From contig CBDCKW010000003.1 in NCBI GenBank assembly GCA_965218435.1, positions 1 to 49,774 on the forward strand: a stretch of DNA of 49,774 nucleotides, read 5' to 3'. The position numbers and the translations under genes were made by a program. This document shows positions 47,979-49,774 of this stretch, piece by piece; the first letter of the stretch is position 1; the number at the start of each line of letters is the position of its first letter. Origin of the DNA: Truepera sp. Its GTDB lineage: Bacteria > Deinococcota > Deinococci > Deinococcales > Trueperaceae. The notes beneath the pieces are model-generated. The model was not told the DNA's origin. It did not search any database and saw nothing but the letters and a program-made list of their open reading frames with translations.

Positions 47979-48358
47979 TGCATGACTTCCCGACGCTGCA
48001 AGAAGCTCTGGCGATTCACGAACTGCTGATCCAGACGTTCGGGGGACCCGCTGGCGTCAGAGATATGGGCGCGCTAGAAGCCGCGCTCATGCGCCCACAA
48101 CTCGGCTACTACGAGGGCTTGCTCGACGAGGCCGCGGCGCTGATGGAGAGCCTAGCCAATAACCACCCCTTTGTCGATGGCAACAAGCGGGCAGCGTTCT
48201 TCGTCACCGATACCTTTTTGCGGCTGAACGGCGCGTATATCGAGACCGACCCTGATGAGGCTTACGCTCACTTTATGGCGCTGTTTGAGCAGGGGGCGTT
48301 TCGTTACCAGGAGTTGAGAGTGTGGCTCGAGGAGGTGACGAAGCGGCTCGGTCCGTAG
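47978..48358 (+). CDS. doc: Doc/Fic-family toxin
   Basis: GVRDMGALEAA and HPFVDGNKR. Confidence 0.92.
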   Translation: MHDFPTLQEALAIHELLIQTFGGPAGVRDMGALEAALMRPQLGYYEGLLDEAAALMESLANNHPFVDGNKRAAFFVTDTFLRLNGAYIETDPDEAYAHFMALFEQGAFRYQELRVWLEEVTKRLGP

Positions 48359-48502
48359 CCTCGTGCCGGGGTCCGAACATTCTGTAAATGCTCTTGACCT
48401 GCCTGGGTTTGGTCACATAGGGCAAAACCGCCCGGATGTCCTCGTAGTTGATGTCTGAATCGACGGTGATACGTGTAAAGAGGGTAGCTTGTGGGACCGG
48501 TC

Positions 48503-49423
48503 CTAAGATAGCGTGTTTGCGACACCTCCCGAGAGCTGTTCTAACGGGGGACTGCTGGAATGCGCTGAGCCCCGGGGGTCAATCCGGTCGGCGTGCTGCC
48601 GTGCCCACGCGAGCCAACGGCCGAGCTCGCTCTCCAGGTCAACGGCACCTTGGCCACTCAGCGCCTCGGTCTCGACGGCGGCCACATAGTGCCGCACGAG
48701 TTCCGCGCGGTGCCACGCCTCGGCGTCCCTTTCGAGCTGTGTTCGCCGCTCCTGCTCCGCTGCCTGCTGCCGCCTGCGTTCGCGCTGGCGCTCCAGTTCC
48801 GCGGCGCGCTCGCGTTCCTGGGCCGCACGTTCAAGGCGGACATCGCGTGCTTTGGCGGCGTACTTCGTTAACCCCGAAGCGATCCTGTCCAGTTGCAGCT
48901 CGAGCGGTTTGTCCGGGGTGTCTTTCCAGGTCCGCCGGACGCAGCTGCTGTCTAGATAGAGCGATTGGAGTTGTAGGGTGAACTGCTCGGTTGGCAGGTA
49001 ATCGACCTGCGGTATGAAGGGTGTCAGCGAGAACGGGTCGCCTTTAGCGCGACGCTTGGCGTACCGCTTCTCTTCTTCGACCTCTTCTTTGGAGAGAACA
49101 TGGGGCGTTTTCTTAAGGCCCTGCCAGAACTCGAACCTCACCCGTTCGCCGAGCAGCTTAAGAGATAACCCACTCTCTCGGCTATGCTCAACACCGCTGT
49201 TGTCACCCAAATGCTCAGCGAGGCGAAACAGAGCGTCGAGAAAGAGCGTCATACGCCTTAGCTGGTCGGGCGTGACCCGGAGGTTCGTCTGATACAGCTG
49301 CTTGTTACCGTAACGGAGAAAGCCGTATTTGTCGGGCCGTGAACCTTCGAGGGTGGCGTAAACACGCTCTGCTTCGAGGTGAAGGTTCCTGAACTGCTTC
49401 TTGACCGTCGGGAGTTTTGCCAT
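48503..49423 (-). CDS. Hypothetical protein with a C-terminal coiled coil (306 aa)
   Basis: Likely start MAKLPTV at 49423; the longer start in the ORF track overlaps the PIN gene. Ends ...WLAWARQHADRIDP... Confidence 0.7.
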   Translation of the reverse strand: MAKLPTVKKQFRNLHLEAERVYATLEGSRPDKYGFLRYGNKQLYQTNLRVTPDQLRRMTLFLDALFRLAEHLGDNSGVEHSRESGLSLKLLGERVRFEFWQGLKKTPHVLSKEEVEEEKRYAKRRAKGDPFSLTPFIPQVDYLPTEQFTLQLQSLYLDSSCVRRTWKDTPDKPLELQLDRIASGLTKYAAKARDVRLERAAQERERAAELERQRERRRQQAAEQERRTQLERDAEAWHRAELVRHYVAAVETEALSGQGAVDLESELGRWLAWARQHADRIDPRGSAHSSSPPLEQLSGGVANTLS

Positions 49424-49463
49424 GCTCCAGATATACAGCTTGTTCAGGTTTTGCGGGTCAGGG

Positions 49464-49757
49464 CTAGAAGAAACCGAGAAACGTACCGACCTTGACCACG
49501 CGAACCCTAGCAACCTTTTCCAGAGGCACCAGGTCTTTTTTGTCGCCGGTGACCAGATAGTCGGCTTCACCCGCGAGGGCGGTGGCGAGGACGAAGTTAT
49601 CGTCCGGGTCGCGGGAGAGGTCGAGCGTCGGCAGCTGCTCCACGACCTCGGCGCGGCGGCGCAGGCCGTTGACCAGCGTTCCCACCTCCGCGGGGACCAG
49701 CAGATGCTGGAATTTGCGGTAGCGGCTGACCCGGCGGAGCTCCTCGATCTGCCACTC
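49464..49757 (-). CDS. PIN-domain toxin, 3' part (joins 114..1)
   Basis: SRDPDDNFVLATALAGEADYLVTGDKKDL, in frame with the 5' part at the window start. Confidence 0.9.
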   Translation of the reverse strand, partial: EWQIEELRRVSRYRKFQHLLVPAEVGTLVNGLRRRAEVVEQLPTLDLSRDPDDNFVLATALAGEADYLVTGDKKDLVPLEKVARVRVVKVGTFLGFF

Positions 49758-49774
49758 GGAGGTAAGGAGGGTGT
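49758..49774 (+). repeat. 17-nt terminal direct repeat identical to 1..17 (circular overlap)
   Basis: GGAGGTAAGGAGGGTGT occurs at both ends. Confidence 0.95.

Overview
The window looks like a complete circular plasmid of about 49,757 bp. Its last 17 nt repeat its first 17 nt, and a PIN toxin gene reads in frame across the join. A Deinococcota-like host is a weak inference from the Rep type. Cargo: a complete type I-B CRISPR-Cas locus (cas6-8b-7-5-3-4-1-2; 58 repeats including one partial, 57 spacers), an IS1111-type IS110 element whose bridge-RNA guides can largely be read from the sequence, a 1835-aa STAND/NACHT-like ATPase, a tricorn protease, an S9 peptidase, a methyltransferase, an FAD monooxygenase and an SRPBCC protein. 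Backbone: an RSF1010-like MOBQ module (mobC, oriT with a readable nic site, frameshifted mobA), a PadR-led operon ending in a VirD4-like coupling protein, a putative rep gene, two ParA modules with centromere-like arrays, a tyrosine recombinase, and five apparently intact toxin-antitoxin pairs plus one decayed pair. The most novel-looking part is the inferred conjugative leading region (about 14.0-20.4 kb). It holds ArdC-like, ParB-like and orphan genes oriented for transcription from the transferred strand, three of them preceded by a repeated hairpin module, and it includes a 60-aa protein that ends in an SSB-type acidic tail but has no OB fold. All calls come from reading the sequence by eye; no searches were run.
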